From contig NC_067398.1 of the NCBI RefSeq assembly GCF_016432865.1, forward strand, positions 117,180,001-117,244,000: a stretch of DNA of 64,000 bases, in the 5' to 3' direction. The notes under the pieces are model-generated. The model was not told the DNA's origin, ran no database searches, and saw nothing but the letters and a program-made list of their open reading frames with translations. A program made the translations under genes and the position numbers. Numbering within the stretch: position 1 is the first letter of the stretch; each line of letters starts with the position of its first letter. This DNA is from Antechinus flavipes (lineage: Eukaryota). Positions 41,117 to 54,841 of the stretch are shown in pieces.

Positions 41117-44100
41117 CCGTATATGATACCTATGTTGTACATTGAGTATCTTTGTGGAGAAAGCTATACATGAACCATGCATAAACTTTATTTAGAACAG
41201 GCAGTATGGTGGAATATGTAGAACTCTGGCCTTGGAACCAGGAAAACCTGAGGGCAAATTCTGTCTCTGATTTATGCTAATTGTGAGATCTGGGTGCTGT
41301 AAGTAACTCTCTAATAGGATTATACATTGCAGACAAGGTGCTGATCTGTAGTGATAGGTATTTCCTCATCTGGGAATTCCTTATACAAATGAAATTGCAG
41401 GTGTCATCTCTATTCTTCTAGAGTGTGGGCAAAAAATTGAATCTCCTAGTATTAGGTCATGGTCCTGGGTTCCCATGAGCCCTGGGTCTTTTGGGGTATG
41501 ATTGAGTGGGGGAGGGGAAATGAGCCTCAGCCATCAGTGGTATAAAAAAGATAGAGAAAAAACATTACACAAATAAGCAATAATGTAAGGATTAAGTACA
41601 GATATTTTTCTCTATGTAAAAGTGTCTGTCTTCACATAAATGGATGCTTCAATGGAAAGATAGGTGAGCCCACAATGCTCCCATCCCTCTTAGGGATGGG
41701 ATTTAGCTAGAAATCCTGAGTGTAATCTCAGCACCAGCCACCAGGTGTCCGTCTGAGCTCAAGGTATCATTCTGGGTCTCTCCATACATGCTCAGACCCA
41801 ACTGTCCCTATCAGGGTGCATGTACCCCAGGTACTCCAGGCGGACTATTACCTAACCATTTTTTGTCCTGACTCAATCTCTGGTTTAAAATGTAAACATT
41901 ACCATTATAGAATATTTCACAAATTTAACAAAATCGATTCTTTGTCAAAATTATTTTAAGAGTTTTGCCCCAACTTTGCATAATCCAAATGAACAAATGC
42001 TCAGGTCATAGATGAAGGTATCTTTACTGAGTAGAATCCAAAATAAAAAAGAGGAAATGTTAAAACTGAGCACTGTACTACTCTAGTTGCAATTTGAAGT
42101 CTCAATTTCTTCCTCTTCGTCTTTGACTAGGGTATTCTGAAACATCACCAAGTAACCTTTTAAGAGAAGCTCTTTCCAGTTTTCCTTTCAAAGTCAAAGG
42201 GGGACAGAGGAGGAATTATCACGAACATCTCACTCCTGTTCTTAGGGCCTGGGAAAGTGAAATGATTCGCGATGGGCAGCTGCCTGGGGCTTCTCCCAAG
42301 GGCAGCCTCTGTTCAGCTATTCCTTTGGAATCTCCCCATACAGTCATGCCTTCTTGCTCTTGCTAAACTGCATGTGACAGTGACCTCACCAGTAATCTGA
42401 AAGCTGCCAATTTTGACCCATGGACAGAATGACCCCTCCTTGGAATCACGTGGTAGGCTCACCATGTACCCTGTGATACAATGACCATTGGTTTTGAAGG
42501 CAGAGGACCTGGATTTAAATTATACTCTAACTCTTATTATTTGTGTGGACTTGAGCAAGTCACAATCTCCCAGGATTTCAGATTTATTATCCGTAAAGTG
42601 AGGATAAAGGGGTGCCTTAAACTGGATGACCTCTGGGGATCCTTCCAGCTTTAGATCTATGATCCTTTAATCTCTCACTGTTTCCAGAGAGCTTCCTATA
42701 AAGCAGAGGTTGCTCTTTGTTTTAAAAGTTCTATGTTGTCCTTTTACAAGACCGTTCTAGGCAATTCAACTCTTGCCCCCTGCATTTCTCATTCTTGTCT
42801 GGTACTTTAAAGATTTAGGGAATTGTAGAGGCTGTCTCAAAGTGCAATTTAGAATAAAAAATGGAATATGATTAATTTGATGAGAGCAAAGACAAAGCCC
42901 AAATAAAATGCTATGAGAGACTTCAAAGGGAAGGATCACTTTCAGTGGTGGGGAATTGACATTTGATTGGACCTGAGTGGAGAGAATCTTTCAACAACTA
43001 GAGATGGAAAAAGAGAAGGAATGTCCTTTCTGGACAGAACTAGGAACAACATGAGCAAAAACAATGAGTGGGAAAGTACAAAATGTTTTTGAAGGCAGGT
43101 AAACAGACCAGTGTGACACCTAAGGGTTTGGGGGAAAGAAGTATTGGAGATATGGCTGGAAAGGTAGTTTGGAGTCAGATATTGAAGAACTCTGATATCC
43201 TGTGGGATGTGGGGAACCAGTCAAGGCTGACATGACAGCTCTGCATTAGGAAGATTCCTTGGGCATATTAAGGATGAACTGGAAAAGAGAGGGACAGAAA
43301 CACCTTTGAGGAGGCTATTACAATAGTATAGTGGAGAGGTAATGAGGATATTAGCCAACAGAATGGAAAGAAGGACATAAATACAACGACATTAAAAGTA
43401 GAGTAAAACAGCTAAATGGCACAGTAGATGGAGCTCTGGACTTGGAGTCAGGGAGACCTAAATTCAAATCTATCCTCAGATATCTACCAGTTGAGTTGCT
43501 GTTATTTGTTCAATCATTTATTCAGTCACATCCAACTCTTCATGACTACATTTGGGAATTTTCTTGACAAAGATACTAGTACTAATACTTGGTACCTGAC
43601 TGGATATGAAGAGAGAAATCTAAAAGAGAGGGAAGAACCAACGTTTCAAGAACTAGGTTAATAGTATTATAGTTGATAAAGAAGTCAGAAGGAAGTATTC
43701 AGATGGAAAAAAAAAAAGATGATTAGTTTTGTTCCTATTGAATGTAAGGAGTAAGTATCAAGGATGGATATGGCTAGCAAATACATGGAGATTTATAACT
43801 GGGACTCTGGAACAAAGATCAAGGTTGAAAATGTAGATTTATAAGTATAGAGTTGAAACAAAGGCATAAAATCCTTTATCCTCTCCAATTACTTCATTAA
43901 ATAAGATCTGGTTTCCCTTTCACCTGAATCTGCATAATCTCATACAGGACCCTGTACACAGTAAGAGATTTTTGATTTAACTGATTTACACAGATTATGA
44001 ACAATATGCTAAGCTCTCAGATTTTGAATGCAAGCATTTATGCTATGGTAATCAACAAAAACTATAAGTTTAAGGATTTATTTATAGTTTTGTTTATTAT

Positions 44101-46239
44101 CTAGACTTAAGAAGATGGTGGAGAAAATGGTGATTCAGATAAACTTTAAAGTGATTCTTGCATTTTTTTTTCCTGGAGAGCTGAGCTGGTAATTAAACAT
44201 CTACTAATAACTAACTTCCTGTAGTTATGGTCATATTTCAATATCCCCATATAGGGGTTACAGGAATCTTTCCCATAAAAGCACTCAACCTACAATATGA
44301 ATATCTGTTATGGAAGAGATTTTATGTCACCTATAGCAGGAAAGACCTAAGACACAAAGGACTCAATAGTCAAATAGCCCATTAGATTTATTAGTCTTTA
44401 CCCAAAAGGTCAGAAAACACTTCTTTCTCATCTTAAATGATGATACAGTATTCCAAAGAGGCCTTAGCAGCTTCCTTCTCTGCCATAGCAACATAGACAC
44501 ATAAACTGCAAGGGAGTTCAGGGCTTTTCTGGACTTAACTCCCTAAATTCACAGATGAAGAAATTGAAAACCAGAAAGTGGTCCAAAATTACCTAGCAAG
44601 AAACTTTGAAACCAGAAATCTTGTATGTGCTTTGATGGCTACCCTACTGCCATCACTTCTCCCCACCTCTGAATCCCTATAGTCTTTGTACACATATTAT
44701 ATTTTCTTTGCTATTATTTTATTTATGAGAGTCACATCTTCCCAATTAAATTTGAGATCCTAGAAATCTGGGACCATGTCTTATGTAAATATTTGGTGGT
44801 TGATAAGGCTAAGATTGATGATAAGGTCATAGGGAAATAAGGTTTTGGCTCTTGAAGGAGGAAAGCAATAAGCATTTATTAAAGGCCTATAATGGGCCAG
44901 GCAGTTTACAAATCTTATCTCTTTACAATCACTCCAGGAGGTTATTATTATCCTCATTTTACAATTCAGGAAACAGAGGAAGAAGAAGACAGGTCCCACA
45001 ACTAATAAATGTTGGAGGCTTCAGATTTGAACTCTGATGTTTCTAGCTATAACCCCTTCACCACTTGGCAGCATATCACCTACTACAGAGGGATGGGGCG
45101 TGTTGGGGGAGGAGTTCTTTGTCTTTGATGGGAGTGAGCATTCTTCATCTATCTCTAGGTTCTTGGAAAAGTGCCCTGAACCTTGATCCTTGATGGGACC
45201 TTGCCCTTCCCCACCCTTGCAGAGGCAATGTTATCTGGGGACAGAGCATTTCCTTCAAAGAAGTCACTTAATCTCTTTGGCTTTAGTGTTTTCATTTGTT
45301 AAAATGGGGATAATATCCATAAGATCAACTTTCTAGAGTTTTCTGTGACATTCAAAAAAGATAATGAAAGCAAACTTTGTAAACCTTAAAGTTTTCTTTA
45401 AAAAAAAAAATGGCAACTATGACCTCAAATTCACTGGGGAAAAAGGGGTATTATGATATAAAACAAAGAGCACTGGGCTAATTTGTCACTAATTCACTCT
45501 GTGACCTTGGGCAAATCATATTACTTTTCTAAATACAGATTTTAAGTATCAGGAGAATGAAATCAATAATAACAACTTAGTTGAATGTGTTAAGCAATAA
45601 TAACATACTTTTTAACAGTGCTTTAGGGATGTCAAATATTTTCATTGTCCCCAATAAAGCTGTGCTTTGTTTAATGTTTTGCTGGTTTCAGTGCAGGGGA
45701 GCAGGCCAAGAGAGAGAAACAAACCAAATTGGATGTTCCCAGGAGCATAACAAGAGGTAAAATTCCTAAAATTGAACCTGGTCCAGGTGGGGCCCAGAGC
45801 TGAAGCCTTGAGTTAAATCAACAAAAATATTCCTGGCAGCACTATTTGTATGGGTAAAAATTTGGAAACAAACTAGAGTTATACCAAAATAAGGAAGTGA
45901 ATGAATAGATCTGGGTATGATGAAATTCTTTTGTGTCACAAGAAATATAAGATGAGACAGAGTGAAAAAAAAAAGTTAAGAAAACATGCATGCTGACTAT
46001 AAACATGTCGCTAAAGACAAAAATAACAGCAACAAATCCATATTAAATATATTTTAAAAATCAGATGATATTATTTCCCTTCACATCTCATATGTTCTGG
46101 TCAAATTGGACTCCTAAGTATTTCACTAAACCTGATACTCAGTTTCTTCCTGCTAAAAGCCTTAGAGGATTTATCTCTTGCACATATAATATATAGAAAT
46201 CATTTCCCATACCTGAAAGGTATTCGGTCTTAACTTTCC

Positions 46240-46670
46240 TATTTCAGAATCCTTGATTCAACTAAGTTGGTGTACTTGGTTCTTTTCAACAATGAAGTGA
46301 TTCAGGCCAATTCCAATAGACTTATGAGAAAGTCATCAGCATCCAAAGGAAAGACTATGGGTAGTGAATGTGGATCACAACATAATATTTTCACCTTTTT
46401 ATTTGTTGTTTTTGTTTGCTTTGTTTTTTTTTTCTTTCTATTTTTTTTCCTTTTTTACCTGATTTTTATTATGCAGCATGACAAATGTGGAAATATGTTT
46501 AGAAGAATTGTACATGTTTAACCTATGTTGGATTACTTGCTGTCTAGGGGAGGGGAGGAGGGGGAAAGGAGGGAGAAAAATATAGAACACAAGCTTTTGC
46601 AAGAGTGAATGTTAAAAACTATCTTTCCATGTATTTTGAAAATTAAAAGTTATTATTAAAAAAATTTTTT
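46240..46670 (+). mobile_element. L1 3' UTR fragment
   Basis: caatgaagtgattcaggccaattccaatagact...gcaagagtgaatgttaaaaactatc...A-rich tail. Confidence 0.75.
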
Positions 46671-49224
46671 TAAAGATTCAACTTAGTTGCATCTCCCTGT
46701 GGAGGAATGGAAGAAATGGGGGCCTAAATCAGAAAGATCTAAGTTCAAATCCCACCTCAGATACCTAGTAGTTGTGTGATCTTGGACAAAGCATTTAACA
46801 CCTACCTGCCTTAATTTTTCCAAAGGTAAAATGAGAATGATAATATCACCTATCTCTACCTTCTAGAGTTATTCTGAAGATTAAATGAAATAATATTAAT
46901 AAAGTAACTGTACATAGTAAATACTAAATAAACGTTTATTTCCTTCCCTTCTTCCTTTGTGAATCCTTCCCTAATTTTCTTAGTTCATAGGATCACAGGG
47001 TCATTGATTTAAAAATAGAAAGAATTTTTACAGATGAAAAAATTGAGGGCTAAAGAATTCAAGTTCACTCAAAATTTCCTAGAATATTTTGATCTCACCA
47101 TCCCTGTACTTCCTTTCTATTCAATATTATATCCTGTACAATGAAAGCTCTTTGAGAGCAGGTAGTTTGATTTTTATCTTTGTTTCTTCAAAGCCTCGAA
47201 CAAAGCCTTGCAAATAGGAGGTGTTTAGTAAGTGCTGATTGAAACTAATTGAATTTTATCTGTCCATGGCTCTCTTTTACCTCTGCCGCTAAGCCTTAAA
47301 GGCCCTTGTTATCTTCCACTTAGACTACAGCCAAAACTTCCTCAAGGTCCTCCCAGCTCTACTCTCCACTTCACTTCCAAAAGCCTCTTCATGCTGTTTG
47401 TCATACTAGCCTTTTCTATGCATACCTGATTATTTCACTCCTTCATTCTGAAGTCTTCTTTGGCTCCCTATTTTTACTGAACAAAATTAAAACTTCTTTG
47501 CTAGACCCTTAAAGTCCTCCATAATCTGGTTCTATTCTACCTTTCCAGCTTTATCTCCTATTATCCTCCCATATTCCTCTGTGCTCTCTCTCAGCTGGAC
47601 TACATGGATGTTCTTTGTCCTTCATTTTTCTCCCTGGAAAGTCTTCTTTCTTCCTTTTTGAATTTCTCCTTTCCCTTAAAGCACAATTCGAATGCTGTCT
47701 TTGCCATGAAGCCTTCCCTGATCCCTTGGGTTGCTAACAAATTTCCCTCTGGGCCATATATAGCTTTTTGTTTTGCAACTCTCTATTATGTTTATCACAT
47801 AATATTGTGGACTATAATTACTTCAGTTGCTGCCTTAACCCCTTCCTGAACTAGATAAGTTCCACAAATGCAGGAACTGTGTCTCATTCAAGTTTTGTAC
47901 TTCCCCTAGGGCTCTGCATCATCTATAATACCTTGAGAATCTATGATTTCATTGGTGTGGGTGCTTCCTTCACAAACCTTAAGAAAAAAGTCTTTAGAAA
48001 GTTTCTGCCGTTGAAAAATTCAACCTTGAGGACAGTCTAATGATGAAGTCCTGAACATAGAAAGAGTTCAATAAATATTTGTTGAATTAATAAATCTGCC
48101 AGAATTAATGTTCCACTGGCATAGCATTTAGGACACAGAATGATATTGGAATAGAAATTTGACTATTTTATGGGTTAACTGGCATTTGTGAATTGGTCTG
48201 GGAAGATAATCACATTGTTTCTGTGAAAAAAAAATACAAGCAAAGTTGCCAGCTGACCCACAAGTGAACTTTTGGAACACAACATTCCTAAACTGGGAAC
48301 AGGCTGTACAAGTAAAGCCTTGGTGGTCAAATGGGAGTTTAAGGACGTGACCAGATGAAGATGAAGGAAGCTTCATTATGCTTGGCTGTAGGTTTCTGTC
48401 GATGAAGGAAGTTGGGTAAGTTTCTGCTCCTGGGAAATGTGTAGAAAATTTCAGGAGGGAGTGTTTCTGTTTCTAGGCAACAGTGGAGACAGAAACTAAG
48501 TAAGTAAACAAAAATCAATCAGGAAATAAAAGTTGGAAAGCCAAGTAAGCTGGGTGGGCCATCTCGGTTCAGAGAGTCAACAAACTAGAGGTCTACTGTC
48601 AAAGCTTCTCATAGGCCAGCTAAGGCGGTTGGGCGAGTAATCTTTGTTCAGAAAGTCAACAAACAAGAGATCTACAATCAAGGTCTCGGATTGGAGGGCC
48701 CTCCATCCTTATCTCAGCTTTACCTATTCACCCTTTGAGATCCAACACCTTTCTAGATTGAGCACTTGCACTTATCAAACATTGACTCCCTGATGAAATG
48801 GCTTTCTCCTCTTCCCCATTCACCCATGTTCTACTTAGTTCACTAAGCTAATGGTTTCATTACCTTCCAAAAACCTTCTTTGACTATCTCCCTCCCTCCC
48901 CTAGAATCTTGTACTTACTTACTCCCTCTTCCTTCATTCCTCGTGGAATGTACAGTCTTCTAGCTTCTTTTTTTATATATTCAGTGTAGTCCCCTCACTG
49001 TGGTTTTCTGTGCTTCTAAGGTAGGCTATCATTTTTTTATTTCCTTAACGCGTAGCAGAGTGTCCTATATAAAGTAAGTGTTTATTAAATGTTGCTGGTG
49101 ATTTTTAGGCTTTACAGAAATAGCACCCTATGTAACCAATAAGTCAAGCAAAATGTCAGTATTTAGGAAAGCTACATGAACTAAAAAAAAAAAAAACAAA
49201 AACAAAAAACAGATAAAGAAGAAA

Positions 49225-50469
49225 GAGAACAGATACAGTTTCAGGACCATGGAATAGAGAGGGCAGAGAACAGATTCAGTATCAGGAGGAACAGAGAGGG
49301 CAGAGAATAGATGCAGTATCAGGACCAAGCTACAGAGAGGGCAGAGAACAGATGCAGTATCAGGAGGAACAGAGAGGGCAGAGAACAGTAGCAGTATCAG
49401 GACCAAGGAACAGAGAGGGCAGAGAATAGATGCAATATCAGGAGGAACAGAGAGGGCAGAGAATAGATGCAGTATCAGGACCAAGGAATAGAGAGAACAG
49501 AGAACAGTTTCAGTATTAGGAGCAAGGAACAGAGAGGGCAGAGAACAGTTGCAGTATCAGGACCAAGGAATAGAGAGGACAGAGAACAGTTGCAGTATTA
49601 GGAGGAACAGAGAGGGCAGAGAACAGATGCAATATCAGGAGGAACAGAGAGAGCAGAGAATAGATGCAGTATCAGGACCAAGGAATAGAGAGAAGAGAGA
49701 ACAGTTTCAGTATCAGGAGCAAGGAACAGAGAGGGCAGAGAATAGATGCAGTATCAGGACCAAGGAATAGAGAGAACAGAGAACAGTTGCAGTATCAGGA
49801 GCAAGGAACAGAGAGGACAGAGAACAGATGCAGTATCAGGACCAAGGAACAGAGAGGGCAGAGAACAGTTTCAGTATCAGGACCAAGGAATAGAGAGAAC
49901 AGAGAACAGTTGCAGTATCAGGACCAAGGAACAGAGAGGGCAGAGAACAGATGCAATATCAGGACCAAGGAATAGAGAGGACAGAGAACAGTTGCAGTAT
50001 CAGGACCAAGGAACAGAGAGGGCAGAGAACAGATGCAGTATCAGGACCAAAGACTAGAGAGGAAAGAGGACAGATGCAGTATCAGGAGGAACAGAGAAGG
50101 CAGAGAATAGATGCACATATCAGGAGAAACAGAGAAGGCAGAGAACAGATGCAATATCAGGACCAAGGAACAGAGAGGGAAGAGAACAGTTGCAGTATCA
50201 GGACCAAGGAACAGAGAGGGCAGAGAACAGATGCAGTATCAGGATCAAGGACTAGTGAGGAAAGAGGACAGATGCAGTATCAGGAGGAACAGAGAAGGCA
50301 GAGAATAGATGCACATATCAGGAGAAACAGAGAGGGCAGAGAACAGATGCAGTATCAGGACCAAGGAACAGAGAGGGAAGAGAACAGATGCAGTATCAAG
50401 AGGAACAGAGAGGGCAGAGAATAGATGCAGTATCAGGACCAGTATCAGAATAGAGAGGGCAGAGAACAG
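49225..50469. repeat. Minisatellite, about 31 units of 41 nt (37-nt variants), consensus gaacagatgcagtatcaggaccaaggaacagagagggcaga
   Basis: Period 41 read directly (49822, 49863); a diverged block recurs with period about 198 (50052, 50250). Confidence 0.95.
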
Positions 50470-52087
50470 CTAAGGGGTCTCTAGAATAGATCAGTAGATT
50501 TAGATTGAGGAAAAATTGAATCCAGATTCAGACATTTACTAGCTTTGTGACCCTGGACAAGTGATATAAAACTTGTCTGTCTCAGTTTCCTCATTTGTAA
50601 AATGGGTATGATAATAGCACCTATCTTGATTATTATGAGAATAAAATAATGTTTGTAAGTGCTTTAAAGCACTCTAAAAATACAGTTATCATTATATAAC
50701 ATCATATAATAATATTATATAATGAATGAATGAACATCCCGGAATTGAAAAACTCTGTGGTCTTTGGAGTGTGCTTTTGTCTTTCACATAGTATAATCCA
50801 GAAATGGATGGACACATAGTCCATGGGCCACACTAGACCCACAACCCTCCTAGATTCAAATGTATTTCTTACCTGATTTTAATGTGTTGATATATTAATT
50901 AAAAAATGTATAAACACTTGTGGTTGTCTAAGTTACTGTGATACCATGGGGATTCTTATGTACAGTTTAATAGCCCTTATTTTTGTTGGGTCATTGGTAT
51001 CATCCTGCTTGAAACAGCCTTGCTTCTCTTCCTATAATTTCCTGGCCAGCCCAAGAATTGAAGGGTACAGTCAATGTAACAGAAGTTATTATAATACCCC
51101 AATCTGAGGCAAGTATTTAAAGAGAGAGTCATTGTGCTTTATGATAAAGATGTAAGAGACATTAGAGGCCTTCAAAAACAAATGAGGTGGTATGATGGAT
51201 GGAGTGAGAAATCTGAATCCCACCTTGATACTTGTTAGCTTGTCTCTCATTCTCTGAGCCTTTCATCTGTAAAATGAAGGGATTAGATTCAATGACCTTT
51301 AAAGTCCTTTTAAGCTATAAATCTAACAATTGATCTTACAATAAAGGCAGATTTTCATTAATTAATTTATTTATAGGCAATCAGGATAAAGTGGTATGTC
51401 CAGGCTTACACAGATAGCTAGTAAAAGGGGTAGTATTTAAATTTCAATCTCTGTACTCCAGGGTCTATTGCTATCCACTGTGGCCACCTAGTTGCCCTGA
51501 GGTATTATTTGGCTTTACAGAAGTAGCACAGTAGGTAGTTCATAGGTCAGGCAAAATGAGAGCATCTAGGAGATCTCAGAGAACTAAGAAAATGGGCAAA
51601 GAAGGCAGCAGAACAGATATCCAGCTTCAGGACCCAGGACAAGTATTGTTCATTATTATAACTAATACTATGTAGCTCTATGTTAAGTGCCTATGTCCTG
51701 TGAAAGTGGGGATGCTTGAATGAGAAAGGCAATTCTAAGTATGAGATGAGGATTCTAAATTCATCCTATTTTTAATATTTTTGAGTGACTTTTATATGGT
51801 ATCCTAGTTTAAATGCCAAACATTGCCAAGGCCACCACTGGGGTTGAGGGAAAGAGAAGGAAAGAATTCATATACCTCCTTATAAATTTTATCTCATTTG
51901 ATCCTCACAACAACCCTGTGCTGATCTTACCCCCATTTTACAGTTGAAGAAATCAAGAGAGGTTGTGAATTGTCCAAAGTCTCATAGATAATAAATGTCT
52001 GTGGCCAAATCTGAATTCAGGTCTTTCTGGCTCCTGACCCAAAGTCTATACACTGAGACATTTAGCTTCTATTTTGATGATGGTAGT

Positions 52088-52580
52088 GGAAGAAGGGAGA
52101 AGTAGAAGAAGGAGAGAGAGACAGACAGACAGACAGAGACAAAGAGACGGAAAGAGATGGAGGGAGGGAAGGAGAGAGGGAAGGAAGAGTAGAGAGAGAA
52201 ACAGAGACAAAGACCGAGAAAAAGAGGAGAGAGAGAAGAGGAAGAAGAAGGGAGGGAGAGAGGGAAGGAGAGACAGAGACCCAGACAGAAATAGGGGAGA
52301 GAGACAGAGACAGAGACAGAGACAGAGAGATGGAGAGAGGGAGGGAAGAAGAGACAGAGAAAGAGAGAGAGACAGAGAGAGAGGAGGAGGGGGGAGGAAG
52401 AGAAGGAGAAGAAGAAAAAGGAAGAGGAGGAAGAGGAAAAGGAGGAGGAAGAGGAGGAGGGAGGGAGGGAGATAGAGAGAGGAGGGAGAGAGACAGAGAC
52501 AGAGAAAGACACAAAAAGAAAAAGACAAAGAGAAAGAGATAGACAGAGAAACAGAGAGAGAGACAGAGAGACAGAAAGAG
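52088..52580. repeat. Polypurine low-complexity tract, (GA)n/(GGA)n/(GACA)n
   Basis: About 490 nt of almost only A and G with scattered C. Confidence 0.95.
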
Positions 52581-54841
52581 CTGAAAATCCAGGGTGTATG
52601 TCTATAAAGGGGAAAGTCCCTGAACAAGGCAAGGTGGAAAATTAGTTTAGAGGGTTATGAGCTGAGATATATTTGAGGTGAGTATGACTACCATGCGTAC
52701 TTCCTCAAAAGGAGGTTACAAGGAAGGACTCAGTTGGAGGGAAAGACCTTAAGGATGGAAGAGTAAATAGGAAGGCACTCTCTTCTCCAGACTCAGAAGG
52801 GACTGCAGGGCTTGAGTATCATGCTGAGTGGACAAATCTGATACTGAACTCTCTCACTGGATAATTAATATCGTGATACACTACCAGGCTTATGGAAGGC
52901 AATATGGGAGTTGATGTTACTGTTACTACTACGGTGCCCCAAGTGTCACATAGTATAGACACAAAGTGGCACATTCTGCTCTCATGCATGTGGCAAACAA
53001 GCACAGGTAATAGTTAACTGTTGACAGATAAATGAGCTATCTCATTCCGATGGTTCAAGATCATAGTAATTAAAAGGGAACTCGGGCAATCCTGGGGGTA
53101 GGGAGTAAAGCCAGTTAAAGAAAGAATAAAAAATGCATTAATCAGAAGGGCACAATTCAGTATGTAGCTGGGAGCAGAAACAATGGAACTGAAGAGAGTG
53201 TGGAGGCGTCTTAATTATTCTTGTGCTGGTTGTTGTGATTGTTGGTCCTTCCTTCTGGAAGAAAGGTGATGTCTTGGCTCACTCATGAATTGGATTTAAG
53301 TGAGACAGAGCTGCCTAAAGCTGTCAGCCTCATTATCTTTTCCAAAGTCCAGTAGCAAGATGGAAGTCAACACAACTTTCTAAATTAAAGTCTTTCTGAG
53401 GTAATGCCCATATTTATGAGGCAGGCAGGAACTTGGGGTGTGGGAATAGACTGTTTTTGGATGACTGAAATGAATTGTATAGAATAAGCTAGACTAAGCT
53501 CTATTCTAATTTTTTATGCATCACAGGAAGAGCTAACTTGTATAGACCTGATGTCTCATTTGTAGTTGAAGCAACTGCCTGAAAATAGTTATCCATGTCT
53601 GGGGGGTGTATGAGGCCAGTTTGGAGGCCAGTCCATAAATAGAGGCAACTAAATCTGAGAAATAGAACCTTGGCTATAAGACATGACCATCAAAGTAGAG
53701 AGGCTTCTGGCCATCAGACATGGCTTGGTGAGCTAAAGAAATGGGATGATTCAGCTATGGTAGAGCACATCTTTTAGATAGTAGAACCTTCCCCAAGCTC
53801 TCTTATTTCTAGTGCCTTCTTTCTGTTAATTATTTCCTATTTCTCCTCTTTATAGCTTACCTTATATATTTGTATATTTCTCCTCAATTAGGTTATTAAT
53901 TACTTAAGGGAAAGGACTATCTTTTGCTTCTTTTACCATCTCCAGCATTTACCATAGTGCCTGGCACATAATACGAGTTAAGTAAATGTTGATTAATTCA
54001 TTGTTCTCTGGATCATTCTAGAGTATTCTTTCCTATCATTGCCCTAGAATAGATGAAGAGAGTGTTTCTTTTAAAACACTGCAAATTGACTCCTCCGATA
54101 TAAGTTCTTTCTTTAAAAAACAGAACAAAATATTTTACCTTTGGGACTGGACCTAATTTTATTAGTAGAGGGAACTCTCAGTAAGAAAATTTCTTCTACC
54201 AATGCAGGTTGGCATTGGCTGAGAAACTTAAAGTCTTAGGGAGTTTCTTGGAGCACTGGGAAATAAAGAGACTTGCCTAGGATCATGTGGCCAGTTAGTG
54301 TGTATGGATGGGGGGAGTGGGGAAAAGGAGAGAATTTTAACTCAGGTTTTCCTGAGGTTTTGTGAGGGTTGGCTCTTTAACCCAAATATTCCATTACTAT
54401 TTTCATATTGATGTGGTTTATGATGTGGAATTTGGTGCCAAATGGTGTTGTTCGAGAATCAAAATATTGTGGGTGATATAGATACCAGATGATGGCAGGC
54501 ACCAAAAGTTCAGTCATGTGAAGAATACACAATGGCCATTCTCTTTGGCAAAAGGTAGATTTATTAGGGGAAGGAGTTAGAAAAAATGAAGGGTTACAAT
54601 AGACACTGGGAATAGTAAATATGAAATAGAGTGGGAGAACATATGCAAGACAAGTTCCTCAGTGGAACTCACAATTACTCAATAGAAAGAAAGTATCCCA
54701 TAAAGTTGGGGAATGTCTTTAGCTGCCAGGCTAAATTCTGAAAAGGACTTAGGATTTTTTTTTTCCCATGAGGCAACTGGGGTTAAGTGACCTGCCCAGG
54801 GTCACATATCTAGGAAATGTTAAGTGTCAGAGGTCAGATTT

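Noticed and set aside
41680-41700. Perfect 9-bp hairpin cccatccct-ctt-agggatggg
   Set aside because: Too short to exceed chance in 64 kb and has no supporting context.
49128-50424. Minisatellite ORFs as a real trichohyalin-like gene
   Set aside because: Frames shift at the 37-nt units, no splice or promoter context, and the peptide is just the 41-nt period read through three frames.
49225-50469. CRISPR-like array
   Set aside because: Mammalian DNA; the units are contiguous with no unique spacers.
52046-52632. ORFs of 130-190 aa on both strands
   Set aside because: Products of simple GA repeats.
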